From: Candidatus Ozemobacteraceae bacterium
GTDB lineage: Bacteria; Muiribacteriota; Ozemobacteria; Ozemobacterales; Ozemobacteraceae
NCBI GenBank assembly: GCA_965140445.1
Contig: OZ223236.1
Location: 1,440,001 to 1,504,000, forward strand
Direction of reading: 5' to 3'
Length of the DNA stretch: 64,000 nucleotides
Shown here: in pieces, positions 9,955 through 18,545 of the stretch
Layout of the letters: the number at the start of each line of letters is the position of its first letter
Position numbering within the stretch: position 1 is the first letter of the stretch
The notes under the pieces: model-generated
Databases searched by the model: none
Told to the model about the DNA's origin: nothing
Seen by the model: only the letters and a program-made list of their open reading frames with translations
Position numbers and translations under genes: made by a program

Positions 9955-11031
9955 ATGAGAAAAAGAGGTGTAACACTGGTTGAAATGATGGTGGGAACTT
10001 TTATCCTTTCCATGATTTCCGTTCCGCTTTATTACATTTTAAAGGAAGCTGGGCAAAAAAGATCTCTGGTTGCCTGCAAAGACTTTGTTAAACAGGAATC
10101 TACTAAAGTTCTAAAAATCCTGGAAAATGATCTTAGCCAGGCCAGAAGACAGAGTTTTAAGCAAACCAGCGACGATGTGTATGAGATAAAGGTTCGTAAA
10201 GAAGGTGACGATAAAGACGTTTCCTTGCGTTATGTTTTTATTCCACCTGATTTGAAACGCCAGTTTGATGGCAAAGAATGGGTTATCAGTAAAAATATTG
10301 ATGAATTCCATGTAACAACAACTCCAGACACACCGGGCCGGCTTGTAGTCAGTTTAAAAACAAGTGCAAGTTTTGAAGGTATTAAAGCCGATGAGGCTCC
10401 TTCTTTGTCCCAGGAAAAAATGATTGTAATGCGTGAAGACGCAGCTTATGAAAGAGATAAACATTGGCGGGACGTCGGTGATGTGAACAAGTTTTTCGCT
10501 TCTCAAGGTAGTTTAATGGGCGGAATAAAGTCTGATGCGAAAAAGTTGGTTAAAGATTTTACAGGTGAGTTTACTGCTGCTGGAAAAGATATTGCAGCTA
10601 TGACCGTTGGAGAATTACAAAAAATTAAAGACGACCTCTTTGGTGGCCTGAAAGACGTTGAATCTAGTATAAAAGGTCTGGATGACGACATCTTGGATCT
10701 GGATGCTAAAGCTCTTTATGATACAAACTGTACTGGCAGTCTTTCCGATTCCAAAAAAGAAAAAGCAAAGAAAGTTAAAAATGCTTTGGCTGCAATGGAT
10801 ACTAAAGACAAAATGGATTGGAACAAGATTAAGGAAATCGGCGGTGGCAGTAGTTTTTTCTCATCTGGAATGAAAACAGATGCGATTAAAGAAATGTATA
10901 ACGCAAAAATGGAACTCTTTAATTCTGGCCAGGAAATAGTTAAACAGATTGACAGTTTTTCCCAGATGGCTGGAGAAAAAGGTTTGAAGATTGATACTTC
11001 TTCGATAAACCGCAGTAAATGGGGAGCATGA
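9955..11031 (+). CDS. PilW/GspJ-like minor pilin with helical C-terminal extension
   Basis: SD AGGAGG then MRKRG|VTLVEMMVG; LKILENDLSQA is typical of the PilW/GspJ helix. Confidence 0.75.
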   Translation: MRKRGVTLVEMMVGTFILSMISVPLYYILKEAGQKRSLVACKDFVKQESTKVLKILENDLSQARRQSFKQTSDDVYEIKVRKEGDDKDVSLRYVFIPPDLKRQFDGKEWVISKNIDEFHVTTTPDTPGRLVVSLKTSASFEGIKADEAPSLSQEKMIVMREDAAYERDKHWRDVGDVNKFFASQGSLMGGIKSDAKKLVKDFTGEFTAAGKDIAAMTVGELQKIKDDLFGGLKDVESSIKGLDDDILDLDAKALYDTNCTGSLSDSKKEKAKKVKNALAAMDTKDKMDWNKIKEIGGGSSFFSSGMKTDAIKEMYNAKMELFNSGQEIVKQIDSFSQMAGEKGLKIDTSSINRSKWGA

Positions 11032-11054
11032 CCAAAAAACAGTTTTGATTTTTT

Positions 11055-11090
11055 AAAGCGACAATCTTAGGGTTGTCGCTTTTTGCTTTT
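11055..11090 (+). terminator. Rho-independent terminator after the pilin trio
   Basis: AAAGCGACAATC-TTAG-GGTTGTCGCTTT followed by a T tract. Confidence 0.8.
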
Positions 11091-11206
11091 TCCCTGCTTG
11101 AAATCATTGATCAATTTTGCGCTTCTGTTTAATTGATTACAAATTCTCCCCCCAATTCTGTTATAATTACCCAATTCACAGAACTTTCCACAAGGAGTCA
11201 CACAAA

Positions 11207-12037
11207 ATGGTATCAATTGGAGTTTATAACAAGTTAAAGGTAACCAGTTGTGTTCCTGCTGGAATTTATGTTGATGGCGTGCAGTTTGGCGAACTTATTA
11301 TTCTCAGAAAAAATGTTATTGGAAGTCCAAAGTCCGGTGATGAAGTTGATGCTTTTCTATTTACCGACACAGAAGGAAATGTAGCTGCATCAATGAAAAG
11401 ACCTCTTGCCATGCCTGGAGAAGTTGCTTTGCTTGAAGTAAAGGCAACAGTTGCTGGAGGCGCGTTAGTAGATTGGGGAATGTCTGATTTACTTTTTGTA
11501 CCAGGCAAAGAGCAGCTTCAAAAAATGCTAAAGGGATATTTCTATATTGTTTATGTTCTTTATGATTCTGAGAGTCAATGTGTGATTGGTTCTACCAAAC
11601 TCGATAAATATCTGACTTTTACGCCTGGAAGGCTTCATTTAAATCAAGAGGTTGAACTTCTTATTTGTGACAAGAGTGAGTTGGGTTACAGAGCAATAAT
11701 TGATAATAATGGCTTCGGCTTTCTTTATTCTCACGATGTTTTTCAAGAGCTGGAAATTGGTGAGAAGACCCAGGGATACATAAAAAATATCCGTGAAGAT
11801 GGCAAAGTGGATTTATATTTGCATAAGCCTGGTTATAGCAAGATTACAGATATTAGCGACCAGATTCTTGCAAAAATTAAATCCAAAGGTGGATTTATCG
11901 GTATTACTGATAAAAGCCCTGCAGAAGAAATTTATGAAATGTTTGGTGTGAGCAAAAAGAATTATAAGAAAGCTGTTGGTGGTCTTTATAAAAAGGGCCT
12001 GATCCTTATTAAAGAAAACGGAATTGCTCTGGTGTAG
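11207..12037 (+). CDS. cvfB: CvfB/YitL family S1 RNA-binding protein
   Basis: MVSIGVYNKLKV, DWGMSDLLFVP, GYIKNIREDGKVDL, and C-terminal winged helix DKSPAEEIYEMFGVSKKNYKKAVGGLYK; SD AAGGAG. Confidence 0.88.
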   Translation: MVSIGVYNKLKVTSCVPAGIYVDGVQFGELIILRKNVIGSPKSGDEVDAFLFTDTEGNVAASMKRPLAMPGEVALLEVKATVAGGALVDWGMSDLLFVPGKEQLQKMLKGYFYIVYVLYDSESQCVIGSTKLDKYLTFTPGRLHLNQEVELLICDKSELGYRAIIDNNGFGFLYSHDVFQELEIGEKTQGYIKNIREDGKVDLYLHKPGYSKITDISDQILAKIKSKGGFIGITDKSPAEEIYEMFGVSKKNYKKAVGGLYKKGLILIKENGIALV

Positions 12038-12047
12038 CAGAAAGTTT

Positions 12048-12692
12048 TTAAGATTTCTTTTTCATTTTCCTGAAATAGAAATACAAATTTAGTGTAGAAA
12101 CCCACACCAATACTAATACAATGGTGAGTTTCTGGATTACAGGAATCAGATCGACTCTAACCCGAAGGTAATACATGTAATTGTTTACCTGGACCATTAA
12201 AATGCTTATAACTCCAGTCCAGAAGCATAATGCTTCCTTGTTTTCATTAAGTATTATTAACGCGGTCACAATTGTAATGAAGGTGAAAACACTAAAGCCA
12301 ATAAGCATTTGATCATGAAAACTAGTAAATAATAGTGTGGCAAAAATGGTCCCAACCACCCCGCAAAAACGAACAAGTTTTCTTTTAAAAGTGCTCGTGG
12401 GGCAGTAATTGGGAAGCTGATAGAAAAAGCTTGATAATCCGATGCTCAGAAAAACGATACCTGATACAGCAAAAGGCACAGCGGGATTGTAGTTGCCGTT
12501 CATTGCTTCTACATTCATGAGTTCACACCAATAGTTATTTTGCCAGCTATAGCCCACAGATTTAAGATTTGCTTGAGAACCGCCTGGATAAAGTGAAGCA
12601 GAATAAACAAAGAAAACAAAAAACAAGCATATCCCAATTGTTGGAGAAATTCCTGAAACAACAGTTTTTATGGTGGTTTTGAAGTTACTCAT
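12048..12692 (-). CDS. Multi-pass membrane protein (DUF998-like)
   Basis: About 5-6 hydrophobic helices with YPGG...GYSWQNNYWCEL motif; start moved to ATG 12692. Confidence 0.6.
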   Translation of the reverse strand: MSNFKTTIKTVVSGISPTIGICLFFVFFVYSASLYPGGSQANLKSVGYSWQNNYWCELMNVEAMNGNYNPAVPFAVSGIVFLSIGLSSFFYQLPNYCPTSTFKRKLVRFCGVVGTIFATLLFTSFHDQMLIGFSVFTFITIVTALIILNENKEALCFWTGVISILMVQVNNYMYYLRVRVDLIPVIQKLTIVLVLVWVSTLNLYFYFRKMKKKS

Positions 12693-12787
12693 ATGGTTAA
12701 AAGCTGCCCTAAACTTTGCACAATGAAAATATACAACATATATGTGATTTAATAAATTCGAATCAGAAATGCTGCTGGTAAAAGAAG

Positions 12788-12820
12788 CGAGCCACACTTA
12801 ATCGAATAAAGTGTGACTCG
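12788..12820 (-). terminator. Probable terminator after the ArsR-DUF2087 gene
   Basis: Minus strand CGAGTCACACTT-loop-AAGTGTGGCTCG followed by CTTCTTTT. Confidence 0.55.
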
Positions 12821-12836
12821 CCGGGCTTGTAAAGAC

Positions 12837-13379
12837 TCATTCTTTTACCCGCCAGTATCGGCTATTCTCTCGTGAAAGAAGATTTTCACTGATCATTTCA
12901 CGTCTTAAATAGCAGTAGTCTTCGTGCCAATTTTTGAGGATTTCATTAACTTCTTTTTCGGAGTATTTTTTATCTTCTTCGAATTCAGTTAAAATCTGCT
13001 CAAGAATTATTTTTCTTTTCTTTCTCTGCACCGGGATCTGCTTCAGTCGTCCAAATTCTACAAAGTGGTTTATAACCTTTTTGCGATAAGAATCTTTGCG
13101 CCCATCTACGATCTCAGAGTCTTTTTCAGCCATAATCAGATCTTTTAATTTACAGTTCAACCCTTTTGGGGATTCAAAGTAGATTATTGACTGTTGCTCC
13201 TTTCTGCTCTCAATTAAACCCGCTTTTAAAAGCTTGTTTGCATGGTGAGAAATAGTAGAAGGTGCAAGTTTTAGTTTTTCGCAAAGAATTTCTGTTGGAA
13301 CTGGTCCAGCAATAATTTCTCTAATCATTTCAAGTCTCGAAGCATCTCCTAGAGCCTTAAATATTGCTACGGCGTCCAT
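12837..13379 (-). CDS. ArsR/SmtB-family HTH regulator fused to a DUF2087 domain
   Basis: FKALGDASRLEMI...LAPSTISHHANKL HTH; C-terminal GRLKQIPVQRKKR...YSEKEVNEIL...DYCYLRREMI is typical of DUF2087. Confidence 0.85.
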   Translation of the reverse strand: MDAVAIFKALGDASRLEMIREIIAGPVPTEILCEKLKLAPSTISHHANKLLKAGLIESRKEQQSIIYFESPKGLNCKLKDLIMAEKDSEIVDGRKDSYRKKVINHFVEFGRLKQIPVQRKKRKIILEQILTEFEEDKKYSEKEVNEILKNWHEDYCYLRREMISENLLSRENSRYWRVKE

Positions 13380-13759
13380 TATTTTTCCTCCTTTTCTGAA
13401 ATTTTTTCGTGCCAGATTTTTACCAGCTTTTCAAGCTGGTCGATTTTAATGTTTTCCTTCGTGGCATCATCAATTCGACCAAATTTGGTTAGCTTTTCTG
13501 CGTGTTCTTGCCATCGGTTTTTTTCTGCTTCCACAAATTCTAACCAAAGCTTTTTAGTTGCATCAATTTTGCTCAAATTTTCATCAATTGAGATTACTTC
13601 AGTTTTTTTGTTTTCAAAACACCTTTCCCAATAGACTTTCCACATTGAAGCTAACATTTTGTTCACTCCTGATCGGATACGATCTTCAATTGAAGCCTTT
13701 TCTGTCTCCTGTTCAGGAAGAAGAAGCTTGAATATCTCTTGCGCTTTTTTCTTTTTCAT
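13379..13759 (-). CDS. Hypothetical charged helical protein, translationally coupled to the ArsR gene
   Basis: 126 aa ORF with SD AAGGAG; TAATG stop/start overlap at 13379. Confidence 0.65.
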   Translation of the reverse strand: MKKKKAQEIFKLLLPEQETEKASIEDRIRSGVNKMLASMWKVYWERCFENKKTEVISIDENLSKIDATKKLWLEFVEAEKNRWQEHAEKLTKFGRIDDATKENIKIDQLEKLVKIWHEKISEKEEK

Positions 13760-13770
13760 AAAATTTCTCC

Positions 13771-13816
13771 TTTCATTAATATTAATTCGACATATATCGA
13801 ATTAATATTAATGAAA
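13771..13816. promoter_or_regulatory. Perfect 20-bp inverted repeat, putative operator 1
   Basis: TTTCATTAATATTAATTCGA-catata-TCGAATTAATATTAATGAAA, directly upstream of the SD of 13759. Confidence 0.7.
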
Positions 13817-13834
13817 ACATTTTGCTCCTAAAAA

Positions 13835-13874
13835 AGCAAGCATTATTTCGATATGTATCGAAATAATGCTTGCT
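13835..13874 (-). terminator. Perfect 19-bp inverted repeat: pncA terminator and/or operator 2
   Basis: AGCAAGCATTATTTCGATA-tg-TATCGAAATAATGCTTGCT, followed by a T run on the minus strand. Confidence 0.7.
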
Positions 13875-13894
13875 GGTTGAGCTAGCTTTTATAT

Positions 13895-14560
13895 TTAAGC
13901 GCTGGTTTGAAAGGAGTTTTGAGGGGGATTAGCAGATCGCCCAGAAATTTGAATTTCCCGGGTGGAAACTATTTTAACCCCAGCTTCTCGCATTTCACTT
14001 ATTGCTGCAGCCACGTCGCCTTTTTTTAATTCGACCCCCTTACAGCCATCTTCGATTAAAAAAGTGCTATAACCTAGTTTTGCAGCGTCAATAGCGGTGT
14101 ATTTTACACAATAATCCGTCGCCAGCCCCATTATATACAAGTGTTTGACTTCTTTTTTCTGAAGCCAGTCATGTAAGCCAGTGTCGTTGATCTTGTTATT
14201 GTCAAAAAAACCACTATAAGAATCAACTGATTTATCTTCACCCTTTTGAAACACCTGTGTAATAAGATTACGTTTCAGATCGTGATGAAACTCTGCCCCG
14301 TGAGTTCCTTGAATGCAGTGATTTGGCCATAATACCTGGTCTAAATTATCTAACTTTATTACATCCCCGGGGTTTCTATCTTTGTGGTTTGAGGCAAAGC
14401 TGCCATGATCAGCTGGATGCCAGTCCTGAGTCGCAATAACTGTATCAAACTTTGTTGCAAGAAAATTAGCAACCGGAACAACCGAGTCCCCCTCGGATAC
14501 GGCCAGTGGTCCTCCTGGCATAAAATCATTTTGAAGATCGACAAGTATCAATGCTTTCAT
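13895..14560 (-). CDS. pncA: Nicotinamidase/pyrazinamidase
   Basis: ALILVDLQNDFMPGG, TQDWHPADH, WPNHCIQGT, KG...DSYSGF, GLATDYCV. Confidence 0.95.
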   Translation of the reverse strand: MKALILVDLQNDFMPGGPLAVSEGDSVVPVANFLATKFDTVIATQDWHPADHGSFASNHKDRNPGDVIKLDNLDQVLWPNHCIQGTHGAEFHHDLKRNLITQVFQKGEDKSVDSYSGFFDNNKINDTGLHDWLQKKEVKHLYIMGLATDYCVKYTAIDAAKLGYSTFLIEDGCKGVELKKGDVAAAISEMREAGVKIVSTREIQISGRSANPPQNSFQTSA

Positions 14561-14615
14561 AAAATTCCTCCCTCAAATTGGCGCATAGCGCCATAAGTCT
14601 CTTATTTATTAAGAA

Positions 14616-16082
14616 TTAAAACCCACGGATTTTTAATATCAGGTTGATTCTTAACTCATTTAGATTGTGCTCAAGTCCAACTGGATATTCGTGAGGGTTA
14701 ACAAACCTTCGAATCCCATTGTGGAAAGAGCTTAGATTCTCTTTTAAGTGTTCTTTTATTTTTTCTAATGATGGAGCTTTATATACGGATTTGCCTTCTC
14801 GTATCACAGGAACCAGCAAATCTTTTAAAATAGCGTTCTCAGGAATAATTTTTCTTCTAGTGGTGTCAAATGGATCAATAACGTAATTTTTATCAGACGA
14901 CTTGATCAGTTCGTCAACAAGCATGTCGGCAATTGCTTCGCCCTGATGGAAAACCCTTTTAATTTGCAGCTTTCCAGGGATTGTGTTTTTTATGGTTTGT
15001 TCTGAGAGCTTTACTTTATGTTTCCACTGATTGGTGGAATCTTTTAAGGCTACAAGTTTGTAAACCCCTCCCAATGCGGGCTGATCATAAGCGGTTGCCA
15101 ATTTGGTGCCCACTCCCCATAAGGCAATAGTTGCCCCCTGCTGCTTTAAGCTTGTTATAATGCTCTCGTCCAGATCATTGCTGGCGCAAATTACCGCCTT
15201 TTCAAAGCCGCCTTCGTCAAGGATTTTACGAGCCTGGATGCTCAAATAGGCAAGGTCACCAGAATCAAGTCTTATTCCAAGCATTTCATGACCGCGCGCT
15301 CTAAGTTCTTTTCCAATTTTTACCGCATTTCTAACGCCTTCGATCGTATCGTAAGTGTCGACCAAAAACATGCAGTTATTGGGCATGGCCATTGAATATT
15401 CGCGAAAAGATTCTTCCTCAGAATCGAATGACATTACCCAACTGTGCGCGTGAGTTCCTTTAACTGGGATTCCATAAATTTTCCCTGCAAGTACATTGGA
15501 AGTGCTTGCGCACCCTCCGATATATGCTGCTCTGCTGGCGGCTAAGGCTCCGTTGATACCCTGTGCCCTTCTAAGGCCAAACTCCAGAACAGGTTCGCCC
15601 TTTGCAGCCTGGCAAATACGAGAAGCCTTGGTGGCGATGAGACTTTGAAAGTTTAAAATATTCAAAAGGGGCGTTTCGAGAATCTGGCATTGAATGATTG
15701 GCCCTTTAATTCTTAGCATTGGCTCATGTGGAAACAAAATGGTTCCTTCAGGGACCGCATCCACTTCACAAGAGAATTTCATTTCTAATAAATAAGTTAA
15801 AAAATCCTTGTCGAAAAGCGGCTTTCCGTCATTGCCAGAGAGGGTTGCTAAATAATCAATATCTGATTGATCAAAATGGAAGTCTTCAAGTAATTCAATA
15901 GCCTGAGCTAACCCACAAGCAACGGTATAACCACCTTTGAAAGGGTTTTTCCTGAAAAAAAGGTTAAAAATCCCCTCTTTTTGGTGATGGCCCATTTTCC
16001 AGTAACCGTAAGCCATTGTCAACTGGTAAAGATCAGTTAAAAGAGCTAACGAAGGCCTGTAGAGCTGATTTAGTTTAAACAT
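14616..16082 (-). CDS. pncB: Nicotinate phosphoribosyltransferase
   Basis: LLTDLYQLTM, EFGLRRAQG, GTHAHSWV, LVDTYD, IRLDSGDL, GGVYKL. Confidence 0.96.
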   Translation of the reverse strand: MFKLNQLYRPSLALLTDLYQLTMAYGYWKMGHHQKEGIFNLFFRKNPFKGGYTVACGLAQAIELLEDFHFDQSDIDYLATLSGNDGKPLFDKDFLTYLLEMKFSCEVDAVPEGTILFPHEPMLRIKGPIIQCQILETPLLNILNFQSLIATKASRICQAAKGEPVLEFGLRRAQGINGALAASRAAYIGGCASTSNVLAGKIYGIPVKGTHAHSWVMSFDSEEESFREYSMAMPNNCMFLVDTYDTIEGVRNAVKIGKELRARGHEMLGIRLDSGDLAYLSIQARKILDEGGFEKAVICASNDLDESIITSLKQQGATIALWGVGTKLATAYDQPALGGVYKLVALKDSTNQWKHKVKLSEQTIKNTIPGKLQIKRVFHQGEAIADMLVDELIKSSDKNYVIDPFDTTRRKIIPENAILKDLLVPVIREGKSVYKAPSLEKIKEHLKENLSSFHNGIRRFVNPHEYPVGLEHNLNELRINLILKIRGF

Positions 16083-16114
16083 CGAAACATCCTCCCAGCC
16101 GAACTACTCTATTA

Positions 16115-16143
16115 ACTATAGACCTAATTTTGAAGCAAGTCAA
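16115..16143 (-). promoter_or_regulatory. Putative sigma70 promoter of pncB-pncA
   Basis: TTGACT-17 nt-TATAGT upstream of SD GGAGG. Confidence 0.55.
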
Positions 16144-16241
16144 AAAACGATAAAGCCTTTTTTGACTTCGTAAAAAGCTGATTGAATAAGGGTTGTAAGC
16201 GTGTTACAATTTTGCGAATCAAAAATAATTAGGATGAATTA

Positions 16242-18227
16242 ATGTCTCTTCAAGTTCAAAATCTGGCAAAGTCTTTTAGTGTGAGAAATCTGTTTTCTGG
16301 AGTCACATTTTCCGTAAATCCAGGAGAAAGAGTTGCACTGACAGGCAGCAACGGTTCTGGTAAAACAACTCTTATGAAAATTATTCTTGGATACGAATCC
16401 CCGGATGAAGGTTCTGTGACCAAGCCAAAAGATAGTAGAGTTGGGTATCTCCCACAGGAAATTTTTCTTGAAAATGACTCCGACTGGAAAAGTGAAAAAG
16501 AAAACCTGACCTTGTGGGATCTCGCTACTCAAGCATTTTCAATGCTTGATGAACTAAAAGCAAAGATTGAGGATCTAGAAGGACAAATGGCAGATGGAAA
16601 TACTAGCGCAGCTATTCAAGATGAATACCACATTTGCTTGAATGATTTTGAAAAGTCGGGAGGCTATACCTGGCAAGCTAAAACTACAAGACTTTTAAAA
16701 GGTTTTGGATTTCCTGAAGAAAGATTTCATGATCCATTGAAAACATTTTCAGGTGGCTGGCAAATGAGAGCTTACTTCGCACGGCTTTTGCTGAGCGAAC
16801 CCGATTATCTGCTTCTGGATGAACCTACAAACTATTTAGACATATCCTCAATTTCATTTCTTGAAGACTACCTGGCAGAATATGAAGGTGGAATTCTGGT
16901 TGTTTCACATGACAGATATTTTCTGGACGATCTGGCAAACTCTGTGGTGGCAATCACTCCTGAAGGTGCCAGGACTTTTCGTGGAAATTATTCCGAGTTC
17001 TTACAGGCACATGAAGTCTGGGCAAAAGAAGCTGAAGCTCTAAAGGAGCGCCAGGATCGCGAGCGAAAAAGAGTTGAGAAGTTTATTGAACGTTTTCGCT
17101 ATAAGGCCAGTAAAGCTTCACAAGTGCAAAGCCGACTTAAACAGCTGGAAAAAATTGAAGAAGTCGCTCAAATTAGAGCCTTGCCGAAACTGAGTTTCTC
17201 CTTTCCAAAGTGCGAAGATAGTGGCGAAGTAGTTATGAAGGGCGAGAACATAACCAGAAGTTATGGAGATAAAAAGGTTTTAAAGGGAATTGATTTCACA
17301 TTAAACCGTAAAGACCGCCTGGCAATAATTGGTGAAAATGGTGCTGGTAAAACCACCTTAATGCGTATTCTTGCTGGTGAAGATATGGTTTTTGGTGGAG
17401 ATTTTGAAATTGGATATCGTGTTCATTTTGGCTATTTTGCTCAGGATGAAGAAATCAGCTTTGAACAGGATGAGTCGGTCTGGGACCGTATCTTGAGAGA
17501 ATCTCCACTGGAGGCTGTTCCTAATCTTAGAAATCTACTCGGGGCGTTTCTTTTTTCGGGTGATGATGTTGAAAAGAAGGTTAAAGTTCTTTCAGGTGGT
17601 GAAAAAAGTCGTCTTGGATTAGCCAGAATGATGCTCAGACCCTGTAATCTGTTACTTTTGGATGAACCAACCAATCATCTTGACATTAACAGTCGCGAGG
17701 CACTTTTAAACGCTCTTGATGATTTTCCGGGAACTATCATAATTGTTTCACATGACCGCTTCTTTCTGGATAGCCTGGCAACCAAGGTTCTTGCCTTGGA
17801 AAATGGTAATGCAATAACTTATGAAGGCAATTATAGTCAGTATCTCTGGGCGAGAAAGCACAGACTGGCAGATAACCCTGAAATTTTGGAAGAAGCTGGA
17901 GAGATTGCAGCACCCATTCCCGACAAAAAACAGCAGGCAAGAGATTTCCATAAGCAGCAGAAAAAGTTAAATAATCGGATACAAAAGGTACGCAAAGAGA
18001 TTGAAGTTAAAGAACTTGAGATTTCAAAGGCAGAAGATGAAGTTGCAGAGGTTGAGCAGCAGCTCGCCACACCGCCAGAAGGCTGGACGCCTGAAAAAAT
18101 TGTTGAAGCCTCAAACCTCCATATGAAGCGGAATCAAAGTCTTGAAGGATTGCTTGAGGATTGGGAAAAATTGAATTCTGAGCTCTCTGAAGCTGAGTCT
18201 GAGCTTGCGGAGATGAAGGAGAACTAG
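16242..18227 (+). CDS. ABC-F family ribosome-associated ATPase (YheS/Uup-like)
   Basis: Two ABC domains (GSNGSGKT, FSGGWQMR, LLLDEPTN; GENGAGKT, LSGGEKSR), no TM segments, C-terminal coiled coil. Confidence 0.92.
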   Translation: MSLQVQNLAKSFSVRNLFSGVTFSVNPGERVALTGSNGSGKTTLMKIILGYESPDEGSVTKPKDSRVGYLPQEIFLENDSDWKSEKENLTLWDLATQAFSMLDELKAKIEDLEGQMADGNTSAAIQDEYHICLNDFEKSGGYTWQAKTTRLLKGFGFPEERFHDPLKTFSGGWQMRAYFARLLLSEPDYLLLDEPTNYLDISSISFLEDYLAEYEGGILVVSHDRYFLDDLANSVVAITPEGARTFRGNYSEFLQAHEVWAKEAEALKERQDRERKRVEKFIERFRYKASKASQVQSRLKQLEKIEEVAQIRALPKLSFSFPKCEDSGEVVMKGENITRSYGDKKVLKGIDFTLNRKDRLAIIGENGAGKTTLMRILAGEDMVFGGDFEIGYRVHFGYFAQDEEISFEQDESVWDRILRESPLEAVPNLRNLLGAFLFSGDDVEKKVKVLSGGEKSRLGLARMMLRPCNLLLLDEPTNHLDINSREALLNALDDFPGTIIIVSHDRFFLDSLATKVLALENGNAITYEGNYSQYLWARKHRLADNPEILEEAGEIAAPIPDKKQQARDFHKQQKKLNNRIQKVRKEIEVKELEISKAEDEVAEVEQQLATPPEGWTPEKIVEASNLHMKRNQSLEGLLEDWEKLNSELSEAESELAEMKEN

Positions 18228-18230
18228 TAT

Positions 18231-18545
18231 ATGGGACATAATGAAAACCAAACACACAGAGGGGTTCTTGAAAAATCCCGGCAAAAAACTGCAAAGCCAC
18301 CCATGTATAAAGTTTTTTTGTTAAATGATGATTATACAACCATGGAGTTTGTGGTTGAAATGCTGGAAAGCGTTTTTCATAAATCCAAGATGGAATCAAC
18401 GCAGATTATGCTTCACGTCCACCGTAACGGAAGAGGGTTGGCGGGTGTTTATGTTAAAGATATCGCCGAAACCAAAATCGCTCTGGTTCACCAGGCAGCA
18501 AAACAAAACGGCTTCCCAATGAAGTGCGATATGGAGAAAGAATGA
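18231..18545 (+). CDS. clpS: ATP-dependent Clp protease adaptor ClpS
   Basis: PPMYKVFLLNDDYTTMEFVV...IMLHVHRNG...DIAETK. Confidence 0.97.
   Translation: MGHNENQTHRGVLEKSRQKTAKPPMYKVFLLNDDYTTMEFVVEMLESVFHKSKMESTQIMLHVHRNGRGLAGVYVKDIAETKIALVHQAAKQNGFPMKCDMEKE

Noticed and set aside
9512..9976. 154-aa minus ORF, and similar antisense ORFs (24168-24713, 31192-31635, 45025-45453, 53323-53739, 63434-63859)
   Set aside because: Lie opposite well-supported genes and have no motifs of their own
13771..13874. Mini CRISPR array or MITE
   Set aside because: Only two non-identical palindromes; no spacers, cas genes or target-site duplication
13895..16082. pncA-pncB as an anti-defence NAD-reconstitution module
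   Set aside because: Ordinary chromosomal NAD salvage pair with no phage context
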